Part shown: piece by piece, positions 29,701-39,499 of the stretch
Layout of the letters: the number at the start of each line of letters is the position of its first letter
Numbering within the stretch: the first letter of the stretch is position 1
Assembly: GCA_046989265.1 (NCBI GenBank)
Contig: JBKWUD010000004.1
Location: forward strand, 780 to 64,779
Direction: 5' to 3'
DNA: 64,000 nucleotides
Origin: Eubacterium sp.
GTDB taxonomy: Bacteria > Bacillota > Clostridia > Oscillospirales > Acutalibacteraceae
Position numbers and translations under genes: made by a program
Notes under the pieces: model-generated
The model's database searches: none
Seen by the model: only the letters and a program-made list of their open reading frames with translations
What the model was told of the DNA's origin: nothing

Positions 29701-32700
29701 ATGCAGAGCCTGCTTGGTTAAGCGAATACCATAGCTTAAAAGCAAAATATCCTAACACGATTACCTTTTATCAGGTTGGAGATTTCTTTGAAACCTATGC
29801 TGAAGATGCAACGCTTGTTGCTAAAGAGCTTGACCTTGTTCTGACAAGCAGACACATTAACGATACTGAGCGTGTTGCTATGTGTGGTTTCCCAAAACAC
29901 AGTCTTGAAAGATATGCTAAAAGACTTAATGAATTTGGTCTTTCTGTCGTTGTTTCAGAAATGGAAAATGGAGAGAGAAAAGAACAGATATATCCTTACC
30001 CTGTTTTAGTCAATGATAATATAGAGCAGAAAAAGGAAATTCCTGTTGGTGTTATAGAATATCTTGCCAATGATGGAACTGTTGGATATGTAACAGAGTA
30101 TTTCAATGAGTCTGATTTTCTCAAAGATATTGAGGATAATAGTTATTCAGGTGTTCCTACTACTGTAAAAGTATATAATAACCCTGATACTAACGAACAT
30201 ATTTCAACATCGTTTTTGAATGACCTTGATCCGCCTATGAATCACTTTGAAATTGTTGATTATGTTCTTGAACAATCACCTACTTTTAAAGAGGCAAAAG
30301 ACCTTATCGACGATTTTGTTAATAAGGAATATGAGCATAGCAATGGTGCTGATTTCAGCGATTTAACAAATGTTAATGTTGCATATACCAATCTCGGTGA
30401 CAATGAGGAACACGAAGTACAGGCATCTGTTGACCTTGTTAATTTTGCTGTCAACAAATACTATGATGGTAAACTTGCTGAAAGCAGTCAGTATAAAAGC
30501 CTTGATGAACTTATCGAATTTGAGCTTGAGGGACTCAGCTTTGATGACTTGGTATATATTGATGAGGATAAAATCGCAGAGCTTGAAAAAACTCCTGTTA
30601 CTATTGAACAGGCATTGCAGTATATTAAAAACTTCAATGAAATCTCAACAGAATATACCGATGAAAGTCAGTATGCAGATTTATCAAACATTGCTCTTGC
30701 CTACACAACTACTGAGGATAGCAAACACGAAATTCAGGTAACTGCAAATCTTGTTGATTTTACAATCAATCAATATATTGATGATAAATTAGTCTATACA
30801 GAGCAGTACAGCAGTCTTGATGATATGACAGGAAAGGCTTTGAAATGGCTTGATTTTGATGACTTGGTATCAGTCAGTGATGATGCTGAATTAAAGTTCA
30901 AAGAACTTTCCGAAAATGAAAAAGCATCTGCACCTAAACCGAGAGTACAGACCTTTGATTTGCACCCTGAAATACCAATGTCAGCAAGGCATAACTATAA
31001 CTTTGCCGAAAAAGAAATCGAAACAGTAGGCAAAAAAGAGCGTTTTCGCAGAAATATTGATGCTATCAATGTTCTTAAAGAATGCGAATTTGACAATCGT
31101 TTTGCAACTCCTGAAGAACAGGAAATATTATCAGGCTATGTCGGTTGGGGCGGTATTCCTGAAGCCTTCGATGAAAACAATCAAGCGTGGGCAGATGAAT
31201 TTATAGAGCTTTATACTGTATTAAGCCCTGATGAGTATGCGGCTGCAAGAGCAAGCACCCTTACTGCCTTTTATACTCCACAGCCCGTTATTTCTGCAAT
31301 ATACAAGGCACTTGACAATCTCGGCTTTAAGCAAGGCAATATCCTTGAGCCTTGCTGTGCAATCGGTAACTTTATCGGTATGCTGCCTGAAACTATGCAA
31401 GACAGTAAAATGTTTGGCGTCGAGATTGATACCATATCGGCAGGCATAGCACAGCAGCTTTATCAGAAATCGTCAATTATGGCACAGCCTTTTGAACAGG
31501 CTAATCTGCCTGACAGTTTCTTTGACGCTGTTGTCGGTAATGTTCCATTCGGTGACTATAAGCTGAATGATAAAAGGTACGATAAAAACAATTTCCTTAT
31601 TCACGATTATTTTATGGCAAAATCTCTTGATAAATTAAGACCGGGGGGCGTTATGTGCCTTGTCACATCTAAAGGCACGATGGATAAGGAAAGTTCAAAT
31701 GTACGCAGATATTTAGCTCAAAGAGCCGATTTGCTCGGTGCTATTAGACTGCCGGACAATACCTTTAAGGGCAATGCAGGCACAAGGGTTACATCTGATA
31801 TTCTCATACTCCAAAAGCGTGACAGAATGACACTATCGGGGTCCCTGTCAAATCGGAGATTTGATGGGGAAAGGAGGAGCGACGGAGTGAATGAGCTTTC
31901 ATCATCAGATGGAAGCGAACGATATGGAGTCCGTGACGACGCTGAGCCTGATTGGGTACAGCTTGATACTGATGAGAACGGTATCAAAATGAACAAGTAT
32001 TTTGTTCAACACCCTGAAATGATACTCGGCAATATGGTTATGGAACAAGGCAGATTCAAGCCTGAAAGTGTCTGCAAGGCATTTGAAAATTCAGACTTAT
32101 CTGACCTGCTCGATAAGGCAGTTTCAAACATTAAGGGCGAAATAACAGAGTATTCCTTTGATGATGAACTTGAAGAAAATGACGAGGAATATATCCCTGC
32201 TGATCCGAATGTTAAAAATTTCTCTTACACCGTTTATGACGGTAAAATATATTACCGAGAAAACTCTATAATGAGAGAGGTTAAGGTAGGTGTAACTGCC
32301 GAAAACAGAATTAAGGGTATGATTGCAATTCGTGATAGTGTGCGTAAGCTGCTTGATATGCAGATGAGCAACTATTCTGATGATGAAATCAAGGCTGAAC
32401 AAACAAATCTGAACACAGTTTATGACAGCTTTGTTGCAAAATACGGATATATCAACAGTCGAGCAAACGCATCTGTTTTCACAGAGGACAGCTCATATTT
32501 CTTAATCTGCTCACTTGAAATATTCAAAGAAGGCAAATTTGAGCGTAAGGCTGATATGTTCACAAAAAGGACTATTCAGACACATACTGCTAAAACACAC
32601 GCAGATACTTCCATAGAGGCTTACGGTATCAGTATGGGTGAAAAAGCAAAGGTTGATATGGAATATATGTGTCAGCTTACAGGCAAAAGTGAAGATGAAA

Positions 32701-35700
32701 TATTTGCAGATTTGCAAGATACCATATTCCTTAATCCTGATTATTCCGAAAACAGCAACGCTCCGAAATACCTCACATCTGATGAATATTTATCAGGCAA
32801 TGTCCGTGAAAAACTCCGTCAGGCTAAAGACTTAGCCGAAAGAGATGAGCGTTTCAAAATCAATGCTGCTGCACTTGAAAAGGTACAGCCTGTTGACTTG
32901 AAAGCAAATGATATTTCTGTTCAGCTTGGCTCAACTTGGCTGCCGATTGAATATATAGAACAGTTTATGTATGAACTGCTTGATACGCCATTTTATTTGC
33001 AATACAAAATCAAAGTCCATTATAACGAGGTTGCAGATGCTTGGAACATCGAAAATAAAGCGGCTGATAATATCAATCTGAATGTTACGCAGAAATATGG
33101 AACGAATCGCAAGAATGCTTTTCATATTATTGAAAATACTTTGAACTTGCGAAATGTAAAGGTATTCGATTATGAGGAAAACGATGAGGGCAAGAGAGTT
33201 GCAATTCTTAATAAAGAAGAAACGACCATTGCACAACAAAAGCAGAAAATCATAAAGCAAAAATTCAAGGATTGGATATGGCGTGATCCTGAACGCAGGG
33301 ACACACTTTGCAAGCTCTACAATGAAAAATTCAACTGTATCCGCCCCCGTGAATATGACGGAAGTCATATTGTCTTTGAGGGTATGAATCCTGAAATTAC
33401 TTTGCGACCTAATCAGAGAAACGCTGCTGCAAGAGGTATCTATGGCGGTAATTCCCTATTAGCACATTGCGTTGGTGGAGGCAAAACCTACACAATGGCA
33501 GCAATAGCACAAGAGAGCAAAAGACTTGGTTTATGTTCCAAGTCTTTATTTATTGTACCAAATCATCTTGTATCACAATGGGCAAGCGAGTATCTAACCT
33601 TGTATCCTTCTGCAAATATTCTTGCTGCCACGAAGAAAGATTTTGAAACGAAAAACCGAAAGAAATTCTGTGCGAGAATTGCCACAGGAGATTATGATGC
33701 AATTATTATCGGTCATTCACAATTTGAAAAAATCCCTTTGAGTGTAGGCAGACAGGTATTTAATATCAATAAACAGATTGATGAAATACTGCAAGGCATT
33801 GCTGATTTGAAAGAAAATAACGGAGAAAAATTTACGGTTAAGGCTCTTGAGCAGACAAAGAAAAAACTTGAAAGCAAACTTGAAAAGCTCAATGACCAAA
33901 GTCGAAAAGATGATGTTGTTACCTTTGAAGAACTCGGTATTGACCGAATATTTGTTGATGAAGCTCACTATTACAAAAACCTTTTTGTTTATTCCAAAAT
34001 GCGTAATGTGGGCGGCATATCACAGACAGAGGCTCAAAAATCAAGCGACTTATTTATGAAATGTAGGTATCTTGATGAGCTTACAGGCAACAAGGGTGTT
34101 ATCTTTGCAACAGGAACTCCAATCAGTAATTCAATGGTTGAGCTTTACACAATGCAGAGATATTTGCAATATGATTTACTCCGTGACTTTGGTTATATTA
34201 ACTTTGATTCTTGGGCAGCACAATACGGCGAAACTGTCACAGCAATGGAGCTTGCTCCTGAAGGAACAGGCTATCGTATGAAAACACGATTTGCAAGATT
34301 TAATAATCTGCCTGAGCTTATGGCAATGTTCAGAATGTGTGCAGATATTCAAACTGCCGATATGCTCAAGCTCCCTGTCCCAAATGCTGTTTATAAAAAT
34401 GTATCTGTCAAGCCATCAGAAATTCAGGTTGATATGGTATCAGACCTTGCAGACCGAGCCGAAAAAGTAAGGTTAGGAGAAGTTAAGCCGTATGAGGATA
34501 ATATGCTCAAAATCACCAATGACGGCAGAAAATTAGCACTCGATCAAAGGATTATAAACCCGGCATTGCCTGATTTTGAGGGCAGTAAGGTCAATGAATG
34601 TATCAGAAACATTTATGATATTTGGGAAAACTCCGCCGAAAAGAAATCAACGCAGCTTGTATTCTGTGATTTATCTACGCCTAACAAAAAGACTATTGAA
34701 ATGGAAATCGTTGACGATGAGGCGAAGATGCTTGTGTTTCAAAATATCTATGATGATATTCGTACAAAACTTATTGAAAGAGGTGTCCCTCCTGAAGAAA
34801 TAGCTTTCATTCATGATGCGAATAACGATAAACAAAAGGCTGATTTATTTGCAAAAGTAAGATCAGGCAGTGTGCGTGTTTTACTCGGCTCTACTCAAAA
34901 AATGGGTGCAGGAACGAATGTTCAAAACAGGCTGATTGCCATTCATAACATTGATTGCCCGTGGCGTCCTTCTGATTTGGAGCAGCGTGCCGGAAGAATT
35001 ATTCGTCAGGGTAATGAGAATGACGAGGTATATGTTTACCGTTATGTTACCGAGAATACCTTTGATGCTTATCTCTATCAGCTTGTTGAAACAAAACAGA
35101 AATTTATCGGTCAGGTTATGACAAGCAAAACACCTATGCGTTCTGTTGAAGATGTTGACGAGGCTGCACTTTCTTATGCAGAAATCAAAATGCTTGCAAC
35201 AGGTAATCCGCTTATCAAGGAAAAGATGGATTTGGATAAGCAGGTTGATGATTTGAAGTTGCTTGAAAGCAGTTATTATTCTGAAAGGTATGACCTTGAG
35301 GACAAAGTTAATAAGGAATATCCGCATACTATATTAAGGTGTAAAATAGAAATTAAGGCACTTGAAAAAGATATTGAAACTGCAAAGCAGTACCCGAAAA
35401 GTTCTGCTGATTATTTTGGTGGAATGATTATAAATGATGACCACTACACCGAAAAGAAAGCCGCAGGCGAAGCTATCATCCGCATAATGAAATCATTTAA
35501 GCACAGTTTGCAGACACTCCCTGTCGGCAAGTACAGAGGTTTCGATATGGAAATGACACTCTCAGCAGGATTATGTACTAACTTTGTTCTTTCAATTAAA
35601 GGTGCTATGACGCACAAGGTTGAACTCGGCTATGATATATACGGAAATATCACACGAATTGATAACTGTATTGACCATTTTGAAAGCGATTTGAAAGCGG

Positions 35701-35924
35701 TGACTAACAGTCTTGCTGAAACACAAAAACAGCTTACAATCGCACAGGAGAGCCTGAAAGAGCCTTTTGAACAGGCTGAAGAACTTGCCGAAAAACAAGA
35801 ACGATTGAACGAGCTTAACGAGATTTTAAGCCTTGATTCCAAAGATGATATTGGTTTCGTTGATGAAGAGCCTGACGAAATTGACTATATTCAAAAAAAT
35901 AAAAAATATATTGCAGTTAGATGA
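26721..35924 (+). CDS. Giant N6-adenine methylase / SNF2-type helicase (DarB-like) with ArdC-like N-terminus and MutS-I-like domain
   Basis: GYVGWGG, AFYTP, LEPCCAIGNF and VGNVPF (MTase); HCVGGGKT, DEAH, ATGTPISN and QRAGRIIRQGN (SF2 helicase). Confidence 0.9.
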   Translation: MASKFELITEMYNEACKNVVRFPQNWYKFIASACYNYRLRFDEQLLVFVQRPDATAVLEFDKWNKRFNRKINSGSKGIAVFSNDSKKAIKYYFDISDTTERELSKPVPVWQYKEEYQAYVIETLENSFGELENKDNLYNAVISMAENIVEDNISDYLSDLLAVTDDSFLEELDDDMISSMYRLTLQNSIAFMVLTRLGIDATEYFDREDFQAVVNFNTPDTLNALGFATSDISQMVLSEVSKTVLSLEKSNRIIDEKSQTDYTKAENKNIERSADNGTVRLHSSGRSSDTKSDNADAEEFDYGQIFADEETVSQGKSQSNLLQLPDERNIAEASVGYREQSESNGRTVDETDVRAGRLDRGTESSRPNGLGTINEQSEKSSTGNRDERGSLQSVTDELPPFVDKDLIPEIIKNPNDVLTHRKEFIVKQFSELTEKEKPNYVSTLYGGKTEELKIGKITVGYMQVKDGLLMYEGNYKNRTKESIFSWSLVAEFMQQLIDNNEYLPKEEKTEPTQFSLFDFNETFINEPDVTDNSQVSLFTDFGVSQQIIDEALCSGANEVNSRLVICAYFRRNWGLENNAQFLKEHYEQDAFGFIFEGEQVSVFFDENGIKISKGNYANRAGATLVTWEQAAKRISELLENGRYMPQSELDKLDDFEISFVADRIVEFSRNMDEDYTNRENIFPFVKSRLKNIAGYPDKVEKVKELLKNPAYFKVVADEYADFMQALEDDGYFLRFNYRREYAPEYINIFVEGMSREPIPFKSQADFTTPSEYFISEDEIKARIRGNESKYDSEERLKTYSYYLEHSNAKERVKYLKSNIGSSGTTDFNHYERDSKGYTYSHNDIFRPYAKTTMSWQQVDKYISKMIANHEYLSQADLKSVDYYERKQAALAIHHFYFGVPKEYPRLNECKEDDYWESVENIAEQLTNPDRVSEIHSIMTELYNSIDFEDRYKEYADIGIKTINEFADGTFTCFGDKSKTINPLIKVERPAEKENAEPAWLSEYHSLKAKYPNTITFYQVGDFFETYAEDATLVAKELDLVLTSRHINDTERVAMCGFPKHSLERYAKRLNEFGLSVVVSEMENGERKEQIYPYPVLVNDNIEQKKEIPVGVIEYLANDGTVGYVTEYFNESDFLKDIEDNSYSGVPTTVKVYNNPDTNEHISTSFLNDLDPPMNHFEIVDYVLEQSPTFKEAKDLIDDFVNKEYEHSNGADFSDLTNVNVAYTNLGDNEEHEVQASVDLVNFAVNKYYDGKLAESSQYKSLDELIEFELEGLSFDDLVYIDEDKIAELEKTPVTIEQALQYIKNFNEISTEYTDESQYADLSNIALAYTTTEDSKHEIQVTANLVDFTINQYIDDKLVYTEQYSSLDDMTGKALKWLDFDDLVSVSDDAELKFKELSENEKASAPKPRVQTFDLHPEIPMSARHNYNFAEKEIETVGKKERFRRNIDAINVLKECEFDNRFATPEEQEILSGYVGWGGIPEAFDENNQAWADEFIELYTVLSPDEYAAARASTLTAFYTPQPVISAIYKALDNLGFKQGNILEPCCAIGNFIGMLPETMQDSKMFGVEIDTISAGIAQQLYQKSSIMAQPFEQANLPDSFFDAVVGNVPFGDYKLNDKRYDKNNFLIHDYFMAKSLDKLRPGGVMCLVTSKGTMDKESSNVRRYLAQRADLLGAIRLPDNTFKGNAGTRVTSDILILQKRDRMTLSGSLSNRRFDGERRSDGVNELSSSDGSERYGVRDDAEPDWVQLDTDENGIKMNKYFVQHPEMILGNMVMEQGRFKPESVCKAFENSDLSDLLDKAVSNIKGEITEYSFDDELEENDEEYIPADPNVKNFSYTVYDGKIYYRENSIMREVKVGVTAENRIKGMIAIRDSVRKLLDMQMSNYSDDEIKAEQTNLNTVYDSFVAKYGYINSRANASVFTEDSSYFLICSLEIFKEGKFERKADMFTKRTIQTHTAKTHADTSIEAYGISMGEKAKVDMEYMCQLTGKSEDEIFADLQDTIFLNPDYSENSNAPKYLTSDEYLSGNVREKLRQAKDLAERDERFKINAAALEKVQPVDLKANDISVQLGSTWLPIEYIEQFMYELLDTPFYLQYKIKVHYNEVADAWNIENKAADNINLNVTQKYGTNRKNAFHIIENTLNLRNVKVFDYEENDEGKRVAILNKEETTIAQQKQKIIKQKFKDWIWRDPERRDTLCKLYNEKFNCIRPREYDGSHIVFEGMNPEITLRPNQRNAAARGIYGGNSLLAHCVGGGKTYTMAAIAQESKRLGLCSKSLFIVPNHLVSQWASEYLTLYPSANILAATKKDFETKNRKKFCARIATGDYDAIIIGHSQFEKIPLSVGRQVFNINKQIDEILQGIADLKENNGEKFTVKALEQTKKKLESKLEKLNDQSRKDDVVTFEELGIDRIFVDEAHYYKNLFVYSKMRNVGGISQTEAQKSSDLFMKCRYLDELTGNKGVIFATGTPISNSMVELYTMQRYLQYDLLRDFGYINFDSWAAQYGETVTAMELAPEGTGYRMKTRFARFNNLPELMAMFRMCADIQTADMLKLPVPNAVYKNVSVKPSEIQVDMVSDLADRAEKVRLGEVKPYEDNMLKITNDGRKLALDQRIINPALPDFEGSKVNECIRNIYDIWENSAEKKSTQLVFCDLSTPNKKTIEMEIVDDEAKMLVFQNIYDDIRTKLIERGVPPEEIAFIHDANNDKQKADLFAKVRSGSVRVLLGSTQKMGAGTNVQNRLIAIHNIDCPWRPSDLEQRAGRIIRQGNENDEVYVYRYVTENTFDAYLYQLVETKQKFIGQVMTSKTPMRSVEDVDEAALSYAEIKMLATGNPLIKEKMDLDKQVDDLKLLESSYYSERYDLEDKVNKEYPHTILRCKIEIKALEKDIETAKQYPKSSADYFGGMIINDDHYTEKKAAGEAIIRIMKSFKHSLQTLPVGKYRGFDMEMTLSAGLCTNFVLSIKGAMTHKVELGYDIYGNITRIDNCIDHFESDLKAVTNSLAETQKQLTIAQESLKEPFEQAEELAEKQERLNELNEILSLDSKDDIGFVDEEPDEIDYIQKNKKYIAVR
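27481..27509 (+). promoter_or_regulatory. Internal SigA promoter within the helicase gene
   Basis: TTGACG-17-TATACT, 37 nt upstream of the nested ATG. Confidence 0.65.
27547..27903 (+). CDS. tnpV: TnpV-family protein (118 aa) nested in an alternative frame of the helicase gene
   Basis: Y..QG...IPNL, GRY..MRKQFLKE.H...Y, EGLTEELKAADQMAWVQSMNN......EIV..E.VY match TnpV; GAAAGGAG RBS at 27531-27538. Confidence 0.8.
   Translation: MVQYDYTVQGEVQIPNLIMPMQKNLTMGRYSQMRKQFLKENHRVIYYNYLTKGTLQKHLSDIENRAKVMEEQLMKQMSEQEGLTEELKAADQMAWVQSMNNLKSRVQEIVMNEVVYSL
31838..31942 (+). mobile_element. ~105-bp GC-rich structured in-frame insertion (MITE/REP-like) in the helicase gene
   Basis: Hairpins ccctgtcaaatc-gga-gatttgatgggg and gctttcatc-atca-gatggaagc. 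It interrupts the LQKRDR...EPDW segment. Boundaries are approximate. Confidence 0.6.
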
Positions 35925-35925
35925 A

Positions 35926-35959
35926 ATTAAGACGGTATGGATATCCATACCGTCTTAAT
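35926..35959. terminator. Perfect 34-bp palindrome between the helicase and the convergent cargo
   Basis: attaagacggtatggat|atccataccgtcttaat. Confidence 0.75.
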
Positions 35960-35966
35960 AATTCTA

Positions 35967-36596
35967 TTACGCTTTTTTGTTTTTTTTATAAAGTTTGTTT
36001 TGTATCTTGTTTTGGTGATTTTCAATTGATTTCAACATATTTGATAAGTTTTCAGAATGTTTTTTATAATATTCATCTGCTATTTCATCAAAATCATCGC
36101 TCATATCAAATTTATAAAATTTACATTGTTTGATTTGTTTCATATCTTCTAAGAAATCTAATAATATATCATATTTAGCCATCCAATTATTATCGGCAGG
36201 CATTTGGTTATCTTCATTTTTTAAAAACGTTAACGTATCTGATGCTTCGTTAGAAAAATTGCAGATTATATCACTAATAAAAGAAGATTTTGTATGATCA
36301 CTATCAACTCTAGAGTTTTCAGGAATAAATCTATACAATATTTCTGTATGGTAATTATCAAATGTTGATTTTAATAAATGAATATGAACTTTTAGCCTTG
36401 AAAAATATCCTAAGGTGGCATTTAAATTTTTTTCTCGTAATGTTTTTAATAAAAAAATCCCCAATAACCCCCCTATTATACTAATAATACCTATAGCAAT
36501 ATTTATTATAGTATCAATTGAATCTAGTAGACTTGTATTAGTATTATTTTCTAATATTATTATATGTAATTTTAATAAAAATAATACATCATTCAT
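35967..36596 (-). CDS. Hypothetical protein with an N-terminal TM helix (AT-rich cargo)
   Basis: IINIAIGIISIIGGLLGIFLL; the start overlaps the NTPase stop; GAGGT RBS. Confidence 0.75.
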   Translation of the reverse strand: MNDVLFLLKLHIIILENNTNTSLLDSIDTIINIAIGIISIIGGLLGIFLLKTLREKNLNATLGYFSRLKVHIHLLKSTFDNYHTEILYRFIPENSRVDSDHTKSSFISDIICNFSNEASDTLTFLKNEDNQMPADNNWMAKYDILLDFLEDMKQIKQCKFYKFDMSDDFDEIADEYYKKHSENLSNMLKSIENHQNKIQNKLYKKNKKA

Positions 36597-38821
36597 TATT
36601 TTACCTCTCTATAAGAATTATATTTTCTTTTTATTTTTAAGCAATAATTAATTAGTTCTTCATATTTCTTTAATGCTTTTTTAGATAAGTTTTCCATAAT
36701 ACATTGCTCTTTAATAAACTCTATAAATTTATCAATATAACCTATGTGTTGCTCAATTATTCTAATAGTATGAGATTTTGCATCATTGGTATGATTGACT
36801 TTTAATGGAAATGATGGATCTTTTTTCATCTCTTTTATACATTTGATTGCTTGTTTATTAATTCCATCAATAATTTTATAGCAAGGTAATTCTGAAATAT
36901 TTAATATTTCTTCCATTTGTTTTTCAGTTGGAATAACAGAGAATAAAGGCATATATTCTGTTCCATATACTTTATAATATCTAAATGAGAAATATTCAAA
37001 TGATGAAACCATATATTTTAAATACGCTTCTCCAGCCGGCATGATAGTTACTGTAAAATCAGATAATCTGTTGTCCAATAATGAGTATAGAGAATTTATA
37101 TTATTTATTTTTATATTTTTTGTTGAATCTTTTATTTGTAAATCTATAAACTGTACCCAATCATTATCCCTTCTATTGTAGGAATTCATATAAAATAAGA
37201 TTTCAGTAATAATTTCTTTATCTGTTTTCGATAATTCCTTTTTCCAATATGTTTGTGAATCTTTGACATAAAAGTATTCGCTAAAAAGCATAGATAATGG
37301 ATATTCTTTGGCATCGTTATTATATAATATGGTTAGTAATTTCCTTGAATACCCTAATCCAACAGATCTCTTTTCACTATAAACTTGTAAGTGTTTAAAA
37401 AGATTATCCTTTAATGCTAATTCGACTATAATTAGACTACGTATAATACTACGAGCAGCAAATCTGCTTACTGATGTATCAATTTTCCACAGTTTATCAT
37501 ATTGATTTAACAATTTATTTAAACTTGGTCTCTCAATACAACTGCCTATAAAATCAACTATAAGTCGTTTATTGTTATTGAATATTGGATTTATTTGTAA
37601 ACTTAACCCTGTCAAAGTAGAATCTTCACAAGTTCTCAAATCACTTGTTATTTGTTCTAAATATTTAATATTTTTATTCATTATGTTATGAGTTTTAAAC
37701 CATGTTGCTTTATTATCAACTATTAAATTTGTTACAAACCAATCATCTAAATTCAAGTCACTTGCTAAATCATCTGAAGAATGAACTTTTGCACCACACA
37801 TTCTTGCGGAACTATTTCTCATAACCATTACGAATTTAATAAGGCCTTTATGACAGTTATTATTATCATATAAATCACTGCTATATGTTATCAAATCTCT
37901 TCTAATGTTTTCTAATTCTTCATTAAATATTTCATCAAATGCTATAAATCTTTCTAGATTGTCAAACAAGATTATTCTTTTAAAATTAATTTGATTTTCA
38001 TCTTTACATCTCAGTACCATTATTAATATGTTTAGCGATGCACAGAACAAATCAGAATCTTTATTTTTTTTATTATCTATTGTTATAAAATAATTTGAAA
38101 TATAGTGAGATATTTCATCTAACAAATTTTCAATTTCACTCTCATTTAAAACTTCATTATAATTTTCTACTATTTTTATTATGTTGTTAAAAAAAGATCT
38201 TCCCTTTTGATAGTATTTTGAAAAATATTTTTTATAAACTTTACATAATTCTTTTAGTTGAAAAAAAATTTCATAAATATCATATGTACCATTTTTATAG
38301 TATCCGAAAAATAGTGATTTTATTTTAGCTAAAACAGTTGCATACATTTTTTGAATAGATTTTTCAAAATTATTAATATGCGTTTCGATATCACCAAACC
38401 ACGTAACTTTATCGTGTGAATCTGCAACATTGAGGATTATCCATTTTTCGTTTTTATCTCCCTCACGAAAATATTTTAATCCATTTATATAAGTGGTTTT
38501 TCCAACACCAGCATTACCACTTATTGTATAGACCTTTGAATTCTTTGAGTCATTTATCCAAGTGAAAAAATTATCTTCTTCAGTTTTATGTGCCTTCATT
38601 TCATCTTTAATTCTACCGAATTCAGAAACATAATCATATTCTTCAGGTGTATCATTATTTAGATTATGATATGCTTTTTCATTAGCAAAATCTGGTTCAA
38701 CATAACATTCATCAAAAAACTCATCTATTGTTAATAAAGATGAAACAAAATCGTCAACATTTGATTTGTTATCAAATGGAGTATACAATAGATTATTCGC
38801 AAGTTTACTTGAATAGGCCAT
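36596..38821 (-). CDS. Large P-loop NTPase (AT-rich cargo)
   Basis: Walker A GNAGVGKT and Walker B-like IILFDNLERF; ATG 38821 lies 8 nt after AAAGGAG. Confidence 0.8.
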   Translation of the reverse strand: MAYSSKLANNLLYTPFDNKSNVDDFVSSLLTIDEFFDECYVEPDFANEKAYHNLNNDTPEEYDYVSEFGRIKDEMKAHKTEEDNFFTWINDSKNSKVYTISGNAGVGKTTYINGLKYFREGDKNEKWIILNVADSHDKVTWFGDIETHINNFEKSIQKMYATVLAKIKSLFFGYYKNGTYDIYEIFFQLKELCKVYKKYFSKYYQKGRSFFNNIIKIVENYNEVLNESEIENLLDEISHYISNYFITIDNKKNKDSDLFCASLNILIMVLRCKDENQINFKRIILFDNLERFIAFDEIFNEELENIRRDLITYSSDLYDNNNCHKGLIKFVMVMRNSSARMCGAKVHSSDDLASDLNLDDWFVTNLIVDNKATWFKTHNIMNKNIKYLEQITSDLRTCEDSTLTGLSLQINPIFNNNKRLIVDFIGSCIERPSLNKLLNQYDKLWKIDTSVSRFAARSIIRSLIIVELALKDNLFKHLQVYSEKRSVGLGYSRKLLTILYNNDAKEYPLSMLFSEYFYVKDSQTYWKKELSKTDKEIITEILFYMNSYNRRDNDWVQFIDLQIKDSTKNIKINNINSLYSLLDNRLSDFTVTIMPAGEAYLKYMVSSFEYFSFRYYKVYGTEYMPLFSVIPTEKQMEEILNISELPCYKIIDGINKQAIKCIKEMKKDPSFPLKVNHTNDAKSHTIRIIEQHIGYIDKFIEFIKEQCIMENLSKKALKKYEELINYCLKIKRKYNSYREVK

Positions 38822-38883
38822 AACCAAAACTCCTTTATAATTATATATTATTTTAATTTTCCGATACCATAATTTAAGTTATT

Positions 38884-38995
38884 TGTCAATATATTTTACA
38901 AAACTGCACAAAATATAAGCAAAAATGTAAAAATTTGATGATAATTGACTCCCTAATATATAAGTGTAAGAAATCATAAAAAGTAACAAAAATTT
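38884..38995. repeat. Conserved intergenic element, copy 1
   Basis: tgtcaata-N5-tacaaaactgcaca-N9-caaaaatgta...actc(c/t)ctaatatataagt-N17-gtaac, shared with 51330-51434. Confidence 0.8.
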
Positions 38996-39100
38996 TTCAA
39001 TTAATTTTTATATTATCTAAAAAAAGCAATGAAAATTCACTTTTACATAAGTCAATTGGTTTATATAAAGCAGTCGGATTTTTCTATTTTAAGGGAGGTG

Positions 39101-39466
39101 ATGAATATAGACAAAACAGAATTTTACAACGAAAAGTTGCGAAAGAAAATGCAGGCAGAGCTTGATAAATTCATTGCTGATTGGAAAACAAAATCATCAG
39201 CGGATACAGTTGAACTTGCCTACGAACTCACATACAAAGAGGAAATCATGAACAGCTTTGACTTTGATTGGGTGGGCAGAACACCTGTCTCTGTTGAACA
39301 GGCAAAGGCACTGCTTGCTCTGAAACATCCTCTTGACTATCTCTATCAGGAATGGATTGAGTATGATGATTCACCGCTTGATATGCTGCGTGACAGTAAT
39401 AATCTTGCGATAGAAAAAGCAGTAAATCATATAAAATCACGAACTGATATTGAAATGGAAAGATGA
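39101..39466 (+). CDS. DUF3848-like protein
   Basis: KMQAEL..F, AYELTYKEEI, QAKALL....PLDYLYQEW. GGGAGGTG RBS; the start is ATG 39101 or ATA 39107. Confidence 0.7.
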   Translation: MNIDKTEFYNEKLRKKMQAELDKFIADWKTKSSADTVELAYELTYKEEIMNSFDFDWVGRTPVSVEQAKALLALKHPLDYLYQEWIEYDDSPLDMLRDSNNLAIEKAVNHIKSRTDIEMER

Positions 39467-39499
39467 TCATTCTATGTGTGAAATGAGGAGGAATATGTT

